Assembly: GCA_947631285.1 (NCBI GenBank)
Contig: CANRKS010000001.1
Coordinates: 1 to 60,146 of the forward strand
DNA from: an uncultured Bacilli bacterium
GTDB taxonomy: Bacteria; Bacillota_I; Bacilli_A; RF39; UBA660
DNA length: 60,146 bases
Direction: 5' to 3'
Shown here in pieces: positions 45,851-55,270 of this stretch. Each line of letters starts with the position of its first letter. Positions within the stretch are counted from its first letter, which is position 1. Under the pieces are notes generated by a model, which had not been told where the DNA came from, did not search any database, and saw only the letters and a program-made list of their open reading frames with translations. The translations under genes were made by a program, and so were the position numbers.

Positions 45851-46919
45851 TTTCCACCTCAAAGATAAAGCCTTTTGTATTAATTTTTAAATCAACATTA
45901 ACAGAAACGTCACTTGTTTGCCATAAATTATGATTTTCTTTGCGAAACTTTTTATAATACATTTCTTGAAAGCCTAAAATATCAGTTTGGTTTTGTTGTA
46001 ATTTTTTGATAAAATCCTTTACTTTTTCTTTTATTAAAAGGGCAAAATCTTCATTTAATTTTTGATATGATTTTTCATCTTTTAAATTAAAATCAGCACT
46101 GTTATCTAAAATTTTACCATCGAGTTTTAAATCTAGAGTAATTTTATCATTGGTAATAGCTGTCTTAGTTTGGGAATGACTAATATTAATAGTTATGTTT
46201 CCCGTGGGATAATTTTTAGTAAATTTTAAAGCAAAAACATCATTAGTTAATAAATTAAATAAGGGAGATTCTTCTTTAGTTAAAGTATTTTGAAAATAAA
46301 AGCCTTTAAAAAGATAAAATTCGTCTAAAGATATCTCATCATTTTCATTTATAGTAAGAGAACTTAAAACAACATCCGTTCGCGGACTAACAAATTGCGC
46401 TAAAACTTTTTGAAATGTTTTAGTTGTTGCTAAATTATTATTATAGACTTCATTATTTAAAAGATTAATAATGAAATCACTTACAACAGGGATGTTTTCA
46501 CTATTATGTTTTAAAATATCTTCGGGACTAACTTTTTTCGCCACCACACTGATGAATTCATCTCGAATATCAGTATCTCTTAAGAGAAAATCACTAATTT
46601 CATCAAGGTGATCTTTAATGACGCTTTCACTTAAGATTACTACTTTTAGATGAGCAAAATAAGGCTTTTTCCCAACCTTATAATTAGTGGCCGTAAAAGC
46701 ATCAACTATTTTTTCACCCATTCCTTTCACGGTAAAACTTTTCATCGCTGTATTTTCTTCCGTTTTAATATCGTTTAAAATTTCATAAGTTAAAATGAAA
46801 TCATTATCTTGATAATCAATACCAATGCCACTTATAATAGCTAAATTATTAAGTTCAATATTGTCATAACAGCCTCCTAGAAGGAGGGAACTAATGATTA
46901 AAATAATTATTTTTTTCAT
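45840..46919 (-). CDS. gerKC: spore germination receptor subunit C (Ger(x)C lipoprotein)
   Basis: Lipobox LLGGC followed by YDNIELNNLAIISGIGIDY, the typical Ger(x)C N-terminus. 359 aa. Confidence 0.8.
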   Translation of the reverse strand: MKKIIILIISSLLLGGCYDNIELNNLAIISGIGIDYQDNDFILTYEILNDIKTEENTAMKSFTVKGMGEKIVDAFTATNYKVGKKPYFAHLKVVILSESVIKDHLDEISDFLLRDTDIRDEFISVVAKKVSPEDILKHNSENIPVVSDFIINLLNNEVYNNNLATTKTFQKVLAQFVSPRTDVVLSSLTINENDEISLDEFYLFKGFYFQNTLTKEESPLFNLLTNDVFALKFTKNYPTGNITINISHSQTKTAITNDKITLDLKLDGKILDNSADFNLKDEKSYQKLNEDFALLIKEKVKDFIKKLQQNQTDILGFQEMYYKKFRKENHNLWQTSDVSVNVDLKINTKGFIFEVENEK

Positions 46920-48325
46920 GAAAATTTTCCTCTCGTTAAATTTTTATTAGTAATAAGTCGACTTCTTTTGGTATTTTTTATATCTTTTCTTTTTAAAACT
47001 GATTGATAAAAATATTCTTTATTATAAGGAGCAATCGGGGCAAAAAAAGGAGCATTTAAAGATTTTAAAGAAATTAAATTGATTAATAAGAGCATGGCAC
47101 AGAGGAAGATACCGTATAAGCCAAAAAAGGCAGCGAAGAATAAAAATAAATAGCGGTAATATCTTAAAGCATTATTAATCTCTAATTCTGTAAATATTAA
47201 ACTAGTAATAAAAGTAAAGGATGCGACAATGATAGCGATGGGAGAAACAAGTCCGGCATTAACCGCGGCATCACCAATTATTAAAGCTCCTAAAATGGAA
47301 ATAGCGGAGCCAAAATTAGAAGGGAATCTTAAATCACTTTCTCTTAAGACATCACAAATAAAAAGTAACATGATTATTTCGACAATACTAGGAAAAGGAA
47401 CACCAGATCTCTGGGTACTAAAATTAATTAGTAAACTAGCCGGGATAGTTTCTTGATTATAATTAATGATTGCAATATATACGCCTGGAGTAATCATAGA
47501 CATAATAAAGGAAAATAGCCTTAAAAGTTTTATAAAAGCAACATTGATACTTTTAACATAATTATCGTTAACAGGATTAATAAAATCAATTAAAAAAGTA
47601 GGAAGAATAAGAGCAAAAGGCGAAGTATCCATCATGATAACAATTTTTCCTTCTAAAAGAGCATTAACAGCTAGATCTGGTCTTTCAGTTCTTTTAATCG
47701 TAGGGAAAACGGTTTTGTTTTCACTTTCTAAATAATTAATAATCGTCCCTTGATCAATCACACCATCGACATCAATTTTTTTTAATTTTTCCTTAATAAT
47801 ATTAACATTTTGTAAATCAGCAATACTATCAATATAATTAATGCTAATAGTAGTTTTTGTAATTCTGCCCATGACCATTTCAATAGTTTTTAAAGTATGG
47901 CTTTTGATTCTTCTTTTAATAAGTCCCATATTAATTTGATAATTTTCATTAAAAGAATCTTCGGGTCCTAAAAGAGATGGTTCTCTTAAAGATTGAGTAA
48001 TACTTCGATTTAAATCCCCTCGGGCTTCAATAGCTATAATTTTATTTTCAAAAATGACAATGGCAAAACCATTCGTCAAATAAAATTCAATTTGATCTTC
48101 TTCGGTAATATTAATGGCATTAGGACCGGGAATAGAGTTTTCAATATCTCGAGTTTTTTTAAAAGTTAAGTTTTTTAAAATATATTCATTGATTTTATCA
48201 GATGAACAAACCGTTTCAATAAAAATGACATAAACTGATTTTAAGAAGTTAATTTTAACTTCTTTTATTTTTAAATCAGGTGTTTTAGAAAATTCTTTTT
48301 TTATTCTTTCTACAATTTTATTCAT
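46916..48325 (-). CDS. gerKA: spore germination receptor subunit A (GerA/GerKA family)
   Basis: 469 aa. A soluble N-domain is followed by 5 TM segments (e.g. FGSAISILGALIIGDAAV). Overlaps gerKC by 4 nt. Confidence 0.8.
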   Translation of the reverse strand: MNKIVERIKKEFSKTPDLKIKEVKINFLKSVYVIFIETVCSSDKINEYILKNLTFKKTRDIENSIPGPNAINITEEDQIEFYLTNGFAIVIFENKIIAIEARGDLNRSITQSLREPSLLGPEDSFNENYQINMGLIKRRIKSHTLKTIEMVMGRITKTTISINYIDSIADLQNVNIIKEKLKKIDVDGVIDQGTIINYLESENKTVFPTIKRTERPDLAVNALLEGKIVIMMDTSPFALILPTFLIDFINPVNDNYVKSINVAFIKLLRLFSFIMSMITPGVYIAIINYNQETIPASLLINFSTQRSGVPFPSIVEIIMLLFICDVLRESDLRFPSNFGSAISILGALIIGDAAVNAGLVSPIAIIVASFTFITSLIFTELEINNALRYYRYLFLFFAAFFGLYGIFLCAMLLLINLISLKSLNAPFFAPIAPYNKEYFYQSVLKRKDIKNTKRSRLITNKNLTRGKFS

Positions 48326-48386
48326 CTTATCTTCCTCTTCTTAAATTTATTATTGGCAAATTTAACCAATTTAATACTTAAAAAAA

Positions 48387-48415
48387 TTGACAGGAAGAAA
48401 GTATTTTAATATAAT
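48387..48415 (+). promoter_or_regulatory. perfect consensus sigma-A promoter for 48444..50369
   Basis: TTGACA (48387-48392), 17 nt, TATAAT (48410-48415). RBS AGGGGG follows. Confidence 0.75.
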
Positions 48416-48443
48416 ATTTTCTGCTTTTTAGGGGGCGTAAGTT

Positions 48444-50369
48444 ATGTTAGAAAATATAGAGCAAACTTTAAATAAATATTATTTTGAGTTAGAAAGTAAA
48501 AAAAGAGAATATATAGAAATCTATGAAGGCGCTAGGGAAGGGATAGCTTATACGCAAAAGCTTTTAAAAATGACTTATGAAGAAGCAGAAAAAGAAAAAA
48601 GAACCATAAGTATTTATGATCTCGCTAGAATTTTAAGATTTGCTAGTTTAACTATGTGGGAAAAAATGCAAGTGGTTATTCATTTTTTAAAGTTAAATAT
48701 TTATGCGGGTATTATGGAAGAAGAATATGCTCTTGATAAGAATATAATCTGTGCTTATCCCTTTAAAACAATGAATAAGGAAAGAATAAAAAATCTTATA
48801 GAAAGTGGCGACTTTTTAAAATTAGTTGAAGCAAAAGCAAGAGAATTATCCCCTAATGAAAGATTGGAGCAAGAAGAAATTAAAGAAGCACTTAAAGAAT
48901 CAGGGAGAAATATTCTTAATACAGCTTTAGCTCACCGGCAAATAAAAGAACATTTTTTTGACAAATATCCTTATTTAACTAAAGAAGATATCGATATATT
49001 TGTAGAGTGTTTAGCTTCTTTAGGAATGTCTTTAGATATATGTGAAGGTTTTAAAGTTTTTTTAAATCAAGAATGGGAGAATCAAAAATTAAGAGTTCCT
49101 TCTTATGAGGATAGTTTATTGAGTAAATACTATAATGGTTTAAAACAAGCATCTAAAATATATGAAAAGAGTGTAGCCAATTTTGAAAATACTTTATATA
49201 AAATGGCAACTAAGCAAGTATATCGAAAATTAGCATCAGGCAATAGACGCATTACATCTAAAATGGCGAGTGTTATTGCTTCAGGTACAGCTGATTTTGA
49301 TGATTATATTACAGACGCGGAAAAAGCTATTGCTTCTATTTCCGTCTATGGAGGAGGAGTTTACAATTGGCTTTCTTATCCAGAGATGAGTAGATTTAGT
49401 AATTTATTAATCGCTGATTTTGCCTCATTAAGTGAAACAATTAGTCAAGCATCCTTTACCAAAAGTGAACTTTCCGATTTTATCTTTCTAATTATTAAAA
49501 GAGATATTGAACTAGGTATATTAGATGAAAAAGGAAGTTTACAATCAGATGAATTTCTTAGCTATGAAGATGACGTCCTTAGTGCTTGCCGGGAAGGCCG
49601 ATTTTGGGAAATGATTTTAAAAAATGAAAATCATCATGAAGTAGCGAAGTCTCATCTATATTGTCCCCTTGATTGTGAAAAAGATGATCTAAAATGGCCT
49701 TTACTTCAAGAACAAATTAAAATTATTGCGGAAATATATTTTGCTAAAGATAAACTTACGAAAGAAGATATTACGAAAATTTGTGAATCTCTAACATCTT
49801 TAGGCTTTTCGAAAGCTCATGTTGATGCCGTCGAATCAACTTTAGTTAAAAGAAATTTACGGAAGGAAAAAGAGAAAAAAGAAGATAGCATTACTATTCA
49901 AAAGTCTTTAATTACATTAAGACCTCTTATTAGTAAGAAAGAGTATAACCGCCTTTGGAATGAATTAAATGAATGCTATAATTTTGATCAAATGATCCCT
50001 TTTAGATATTTAAGTGAAGAAGAAATAATTACTTGTGTTTATAAGTTAAAATATTTAAATTTTGCGGATGCTGTTATTTTAAAATTTTTAGAAACTTCCC
50101 TTAAGTATAATAAAACAAATTCTTTTAATGCGATCGTTAAGTATAAAGATACTTATGCCAAAATTAAATATTTTTTAGAAAATTATCCTGAAGATGAAAA
50201 AATAAAAGAAATTGCTTTAGAACTAGATGAAGCATTAAAAAAAGCCGGCATTAGTAGTGATGAAGATTTTGAATTTTATAAAGAATATATTGATATGGAG
50301 CTAGCTTCTTTTACAGATGCCACTTTTCATAACTATGAATATGAAATAGAAATGGCTAAACTTCTTTAA
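48444..50369 (+). CDS. hypothetical all-helical protein with an internally repeated module
   Basis: 641 aa. Repeats YLTKEDIDIFVECLASLGMS, KLTKEDITKICESLTSLGFS and LSEEEIITCVYKLKYLNFA. Confidence 0.45.
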   Translation: MLENIEQTLNKYYFELESKKREYIEIYEGAREGIAYTQKLLKMTYEEAEKEKRTISIYDLARILRFASLTMWEKMQVVIHFLKLNIYAGIMEEEYALDKNIICAYPFKTMNKERIKNLIESGDFLKLVEAKARELSPNERLEQEEIKEALKESGRNILNTALAHRQIKEHFFDKYPYLTKEDIDIFVECLASLGMSLDICEGFKVFLNQEWENQKLRVPSYEDSLLSKYYNGLKQASKIYEKSVANFENTLYKMATKQVYRKLASGNRRITSKMASVIASGTADFDDYITDAEKAIASISVYGGGVYNWLSYPEMSRFSNLLIADFASLSETISQASFTKSELSDFIFLIIKRDIELGILDEKGSLQSDEFLSYEDDVLSACREGRFWEMILKNENHHEVAKSHLYCPLDCEKDDLKWPLLQEQIKIIAEIYFAKDKLTKEDITKICESLTSLGFSKAHVDAVESTLVKRNLRKEKEKKEDSITIQKSLITLRPLISKKEYNRLWNELNECYNFDQMIPFRYLSEEEIITCVYKLKYLNFADAVILKFLETSLKYNKTNSFNAIVKYKDTYAKIKYFLENYPEDEKIKEIALELDEALKKAGISSDEDFEFYKEYIDMELASFTDATFHNYEYEIEMAKLL

Positions 50370-50414
50370 AGATATCTCTTTTTTCTTTTTTGAAGTTGTG
50401 TTATATTTATATTT

Positions 50415-51614
50415 ATGGAAATAGATATTGTAAAAATGGATAACTTAGGAAGAGGAATTGGATATTTAAATAACAAAATTATTTTTGTCCCTAAAAGTTT
50501 TCCTGGTGATAGATTAAAAGTAGAAATAGTTAAAGAAAAGAAAAATTATTTGGAAGGAAAAATAGAAAAGATAATCACTCCTTCTAAAAAGAGGGTAAAA
50601 CCTATTTGCCCTTATTTTTTAGAATGTGGTGGTTGTGATCTTTTGCATATTCCTTTAAGTGAAGCGCTTTTTTATAAATTAGAAAAAGTTAAGGCTATTT
50701 TAAAAACTTTTGGGATTAATTATGAAGTTAAAAAAATAATTAAAAGTAAAGAAAGATATAATTATCGTAATAAATTATCTTTAAAAGTAGTGAATGGAAA
50801 AATATCTTTTTATGAAAGTGAAAGTCACCGGGAAGTAGAAATATCTTCTTGTTATTTAGCCAAAACTAAAATTAATGAATTAATAAAAGATTTAAGTAAA
50901 TTAAGAATCCAAAATGGATTAATAACAATTAGAGTTAATTATAAAAATGAAATTATTCTCATTATTAAAAGTAAAGATGAAGTAAGTATTCCTAAAACAT
51001 TAATCAATAATTATTCTCTGGTCGGCATTATATATAATGATAAATGTTTGTATGGAGAAGATTATTTTATGGAAAAAGTTTTAGACTATATCTTTAAAGT
51101 TAGTTATAATTCTTTTTTTCAAGTTAATCTTTCTATATGTGAAGAATTATTTAAACTAGTTTCTAAATATACTATTAATAGTTTAAAAGTTTTGGATTTA
51201 TATTGTGGGGTAGGTACTCTTAGTGTGGTAGCTAGTGGAAATGCACAAAAAGTTGTCGGCATTGAAATTGTCGAAAATGCTATTAAAGATGCTAATTTAA
51301 ATAAAAAAATTAATAACTTAAATAATTTGGAATTTATTTGTGATAATACTAGTTGGGCTGTTAATAAAATAAATAGTGAGTATGATACAATTATTTTGGA
51401 TCCTCCGAGAAGTGGAGTTAGTAAAAGGGTTATAGAAAAAATAAAAGAGGCGAAGATAGCTAAAATTATTTATATATCTTGTGATCCTTTTACTTTAGGA
51501 AGAGATTTAAACTTATTATTAGATCTTTATCAAATCCAAGATTTTGTTTTATTAGATATGTTTCCTAATACAAAACATGTAGAAAGCTTTTGCATTTTAA
51601 ATTTAAAGGGATGA
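50415..51614 (+). CDS. rlmCD: 23S rRNA (uracil-C5)-methyltransferase, RlmCD/TrmA family
   Basis: TRAM-like N-terminus. Cys cluster CPYFLECGGCDLLH plus a distal C. SAM motifs DLYCGVGT, ILDPPRSG and YISCDP. Confidence 0.8.
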   Translation: MEIDIVKMDNLGRGIGYLNNKIIFVPKSFPGDRLKVEIVKEKKNYLEGKIEKIITPSKKRVKPICPYFLECGGCDLLHIPLSEALFYKLEKVKAILKTFGINYEVKKIIKSKERYNYRNKLSLKVVNGKISFYESESHREVEISSCYLAKTKINELIKDLSKLRIQNGLITIRVNYKNEIILIIKSKDEVSIPKTLINNYSLVGIIYNDKCLYGEDYFMEKVLDYIFKVSYNSFFQVNLSICEELFKLVSKYTINSLKVLDLYCGVGTLSVVASGNAQKVVGIEIVENAIKDANLNKKINNLNNLEFICDNTSWAVNKINSEYDTIILDPPRSGVSKRVIEKIKEAKIAKIIYISCDPFTLGRDLNLLLDLYQIQDFVLLDMFPNTKHVESFCILNLKG

Positions 51615-51619
51615 TTTAA

Positions 51620-52369
51620 ATGAATTATAAAGGAAGTATTGGGATATTTGACTCTGGTATTGGTGGGGTAACAGTCTTAAAAGAAATAATTAAACTTCTA
51701 CCTTTAGAAAACTATATTTATGTAAGTGACTCTAAAAATAATCCCTATGGGGATAAAGAAGAAGATAAAATAAAAGATATTTGTGATCATATTGTAGAAT
51801 TTTTGTTAAATAAAAATTGTAAAATTATTGTTATTGCTTGTAATACAGCGAGTGCGATTGCATCTTCTTTTTTAAGAGAAAAATACCCTCATATTATATT
51901 TATTGCTATTGAGCCAGCTTATAAAATGGTTTATGATTTTGCTTACCAAGAACCAACTCTTATTATGGCTACAAAAGGAACAATGGTAAGTGAAAAGTTT
52001 CATTTGCTATTAACCAAATATAATAATGGGCAAACTTATTTACTTTCTTGTCAAGGTCTAGCTGATTTAATCGAAAAGGGGGATCAAAAAGCTATTTTAA
52101 ATTATTTACAAGTTCATTTAAAAAAATATCAAGGTAAAGTAAAAAATGTTGTTTTAGGTTGTACGCATTATCCTTTAATAAAGAAAGAAATTAATAAAGT
52201 TTTAAAAGATGTTCAATTTTTTGATGGATCTTTAAGTGTGGCTAAACATTTAGCTACCGTTTTAACTGAAAATAATTTATTAAATAAAGAAGGGGGAAAG
52301 ATAGAGTTTATTGATACTTCTAATTCAAAAGAGAAAGAAAAGAGATTTTATGATTTATTAAATTTGTAA
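51620..52369 (+). CDS. murI: glutamate racemase
   Basis: IGIFDSGIGG, IACNTAS, LGCTHYP. Confidence 0.9.
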   Translation: MNYKGSIGIFDSGIGGVTVLKEIIKLLPLENYIYVSDSKNNPYGDKEEDKIKDICDHIVEFLLNKNCKIIVIACNTASAIASSFLREKYPHIIFIAIEPAYKMVYDFAYQEPTLIMATKGTMVSEKFHLLLTKYNNGQTYLLSCQGLADLIEKGDQKAILNYLQVHLKKYQGKVKNVVLGCTHYPLIKKEINKVLKDVQFFDGSLSVAKHLATVLTENNLLNKEGGKIEFIDTSNSKEKEKRFYDLLNL

Positions 52370-52385
52370 AGTTTAAACAAATTAT

Positions 52386-52414
52386 TTTAACAATGAATAA
52401 AATGATGCTATAAT
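52386..52414 (+). promoter_or_regulatory. promoter with extended -10 for 52439-54416
   Basis: TTTAAC, 17 nt, TGc-TATAAT (TATAAT at 52409-52414). Confidence 0.5.
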
Positions 52415-52438
52415 AATTATAGAGTAGAAAGTGATTAT

Positions 52439-53950
52439 ATGGCTATTGAAGAATGCTTTAAACAAATGAATTATGTAGATGCTGTTTTTAATCCAATTCC
52501 GGCGTATGATGGGTATTGGACTTTTTCTCTTAATAATTTGTTTGAGAATTCCTTAAAAGAAGAGGGAGAATTAAAATTTGCCAAATTTTATCAAAAAACT
52601 TATCAAGAACCTCTTTTAGCTATTTTTCAAAATCCAGATATATTAAAAAACTTAGCTTATATGGTTTCTCTTCCTAAGCAAAATCGAATAGGAAGAACTT
52701 TAAAGTACTCTGAACATCATTTTTATGTTTCTTTAATTGAAATGGTTAATCATCATTTAGATAGATATGGTAAAAGTAAAGAAGAACAACGAAACTTTAT
52801 TAATGGTTTAATTGATGAGTATTCTAAAGGAAGAGATGCTATTAATACAGCTTTAATGGAAGCTTTTAAAGCTAAGAATATAAAATTAAAAGATGTTATT
52901 GATAACGAATTTAATTCTGAATTTTTTGAAGCCGCGCGGGAAGATTATGAAGTATATAATCACGGAGAAGAATTTGCTATTTATTTAAAGAATAATTATA
53001 AATTAGTCGAAGATATTATTAAGGGTTTACCTAAATTAGGCAATTTTTTTGATCAAGAAATAGATTATACGGCTTTAGCTAATTGTTTTGACCCAGATAC
53101 TTTTTGCTTAATGTTTGCTAAAATAATATATGAATATTCTATAAGTAGACAAGAAGATACTTTACCCAATTGTTATCAATATCTTATGTTTTATAAAAAA
53201 GCCATTGAAGAGATGGTTAAAACAAATAAAAAGTATGATCCAAGGATAACTTTTATTTTACCTAGTCAAGCTAAATTAAGAAGATATTCCCGATGGAATT
53301 TTCATGAAGAATATTATGCTTTATTAAATACTCATCCTGAGATAAAAGAAATAAATATGCCTTTTATTCCTAAGGGTCAAGAAAATATTTATCGAGATAT
53401 AAACTTTATGGCTAAGTTTAATCATTTATATGATCAAGATATCTCTTTAAATTGGGAATTTCTGCCGGAAGGAGTTAGAATACCTAAAGGAGAATATCAA
53501 AAAGCACCAAAAGGAAATGCTAGTAAAAAGAGCCGTGATGAATTAATTAAAGAGGTTAATGAGAGAATTGTTACCTTAGAAAATTCGGGATTTGTAGGAA
53601 GACCTTTTAAAGGACTTTCGCAAGGATTTAATGGCTACTATGCTTTTTTCTATCCTAATGGAGTCGTAATTTTAGAAATGTTTTGGGAAAAAGAAAATGT
53701 TCCGGCAGTGGGAAGAGCTACCTATGTTATGAATATTGATAATTTTTTAGAAATGAGTAAAATGCCTAAAATTGATTTAGTTAGTTATATAAAAACTGTT
53801 CCTAATTGTAAAAGATTATATCATACTTCTTTTGAATTTTGGCAAACAGGAGTATATGAGGCGATAAATAATCCGAATATGAATGAAAAAATTGCCACAG
53901 TTGTGGAATTTATGAATAGTCTAGAAAGTGAGAAATTAGAGCATGAATAA
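52439..53950 (+). CDS. hypothetical protein (503 aa)
   Basis: No P-loop or other motif recognised. The C-terminal region GFNGYYAFFYPNGVVILEMF...ATYVMNIDNF looks like a compact beta-rich domain. Confidence 0.4.
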   Translation: MAIEECFKQMNYVDAVFNPIPAYDGYWTFSLNNLFENSLKEEGELKFAKFYQKTYQEPLLAIFQNPDILKNLAYMVSLPKQNRIGRTLKYSEHHFYVSLIEMVNHHLDRYGKSKEEQRNFINGLIDEYSKGRDAINTALMEAFKAKNIKLKDVIDNEFNSEFFEAAREDYEVYNHGEEFAIYLKNNYKLVEDIIKGLPKLGNFFDQEIDYTALANCFDPDTFCLMFAKIIYEYSISRQEDTLPNCYQYLMFYKKAIEEMVKTNKKYDPRITFILPSQAKLRRYSRWNFHEEYYALLNTHPEIKEINMPFIPKGQENIYRDINFMAKFNHLYDQDISLNWEFLPEGVRIPKGEYQKAPKGNASKKSRDELIKEVNERIVTLENSGFVGRPFKGLSQGFNGYYAFFYPNGVVILEMFWEKENVPAVGRATYVMNIDNFLEMSKMPKIDLVSYIKTVPNCKRLYHTSFEFWQTGVYEAINNPNMNEKIATVVEFMNSLESEKLEHE

Positions 53951-54416
53951 TATATTTATTTATCGCAAATTATTAGATTATATAAAAAAAGAAAGAGAAG
54001 CTTTTGATATTTTAGTAAATGCTGATAATACTTTAGGATTAAGTCCTAGTAGTAATGATATAATTGATTTTTTAGAATTTTCTAATGATGCTAAAACATT
54101 AACGGCCCCCATTGCGGGTAATATTCTTTTAACAGAAGGTGATGTTTTAACAACTCTAAAAATAATTCATGATATTATAAACTATGAAGGAGAATTTATC
54201 ATACATGTTAATGAAAGTAATGTTGGAGTTAATACTTATTTAATTGATCGGGCGAATAAAATATATCAAGATTATAATTTAAATATTAATTTAAAGATTG
54301 ATTATGCTCCCAATTATAATGCTTATCTAAATAGTTTAGTGTCTATTATTGGTAGTGAAGATTTTGTTAAAGTAGCATCTTTAGATTTTAAAAATGCTAA
54401 TCAAATAATTATGTAA
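53943..54416 (+). CDS. hypothetical protein (157 aa), translationally coupled to 52439..53950
   Basis: The ATG lies 8 nt inside the end of the upstream ORF (GAGCATGAATAA). Confidence 0.4.
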   Translation: MNNIFIYRKLLDYIKKEREAFDILVNADNTLGLSPSSNDIIDFLEFSNDAKTLTAPIAGNILLTEGDVLTTLKIIHDIINYEGEFIIHVNESNVGVNTYLIDRANKIYQDYNLNINLKIDYAPNYNAYLNSLVSIIGSEDFVKVASLDFKNANQIIM

Positions 54417-54426
54417 ATTAGCGTCT

Positions 54427-54464
54427 AGTATAGAGAAAAAATTATTTTCTTTATACTTTTTTTT
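54427..54464 (+). terminator. intrinsic terminator
   Basis: 13-bp stem AGTATAGAGAAAA/TTTTCTTTATACT (one G:U), 5-nt loop, T8 run. Confidence 0.75.
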
Positions 54465-54493
54465 CATTATTATTAATATAGGAGATGATTATT

Positions 54494-55249
54494 ATGTTTA
54501 TTGGCGAAGAACCAATTCATATCAATGCTGAGAAGGGGAGTATTGCTCCTTTAGTATTAATGCCGGGGGATCCTTTAAGAGCTAAATATATTGCTGAGCA
54601 TTTTTTAGATAAAGCCATTTTTAATGAATTTGCTATTAGTAATAAAAATGTAGCTAATTTAAGAAATATGTTGGGCTATACGGGTTTTTATAAAGGAATT
54701 AGAGTAACTGTTATGGCTTCAGGTATGGGAATGCCAAGTATGGGTATTTATGCTTGGGAATTATTCCATTATTTTAATGTTGAAAAAATTATTAGAATAG
54801 GTACATGTGGAGCGGTTAAACCTACAGTGAGAGTGCCAGAGTTAATATTAGCAACAAGAGCTTATTCTGAATCTAATTTTGCTTATACCTTTAATGATTA
54901 TAAAGAACACATTACTTATCCATCTAATGCTTTAAATGAAAAAATAAAAAAGACAGCTGAAGAGTTAAATTATAAAATTCATGTGGGAGATATTACCACC
55001 ATGGATGTTTTTGGCCCATATATTGATTATGATCGCGTTTTAAATAGAATTCCTAAAGAATTAGATATTTTAGGTGAAGAGATGGAAGCTTTTGCTTTAT
55101 TCCATATTGCCTCTTTCTTTAAAAAAGAAGCTTCTTGTCTTTTAACGGCAGTTGATTCTAAATTTAGTAATACCGTTTTAAGTGGAGAAGAAAGACAAAA
55201 CAGTTTAAATGAAATGATTACTTTAGCTTTAGAGGCAATTATTAAATAA
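54494..55249 (+). CDS. deoD: purine nucleoside phosphorylase (DeoD type)
   Basis: HINAEKGSIAPLVLMPGDPLRAKYIAEHFL, GMGMPS, RIGTCGA, EEMEAFAL. I prefer the ATG at 54494, 9 nt after GGAG. Confidence 0.85.
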   Translation: MFIGEEPIHINAEKGSIAPLVLMPGDPLRAKYIAEHFLDKAIFNEFAISNKNVANLRNMLGYTGFYKGIRVTVMASGMGMPSMGIYAWELFHYFNVEKIIRIGTCGAVKPTVRVPELILATRAYSESNFAYTFNDYKEHITYPSNALNEKIKKTAEELNYKIHVGDITTMDVFGPYIDYDRVLNRIPKELDILGEEMEAFALFHIASFFKKEASCLLTAVDSKFSNTVLSGEERQNSLNEMITLALEAIIK

Positions 55250-55270
55250 AAAAATAACCCGAAGGCTATT
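55244..55270 (-). terminator. intrinsic terminator of the PMM/PGM gene (minus strand)
   Basis: The minus strand reads ATAGCC-TTCG-GGTTAT (UUCG loop, one mismatch) followed by a T-rich run. Confidence 0.5.

Noticed and set aside
47229-47456. 75-aa plus-strand ORF inside gerKA.
   Set aside because: It is a shadow ORF opposite the conserved TM region of the GerA-family protein.
54590-54680. Apparent ~8-residue insertion (FNEFAISNKNV) in DeoD relative to the E. coli enzyme as I remember it.
   Set aside because: It lies in a variable surface region. I cannot align it rigorously without tools, and it is unlikely to be biologically notable.
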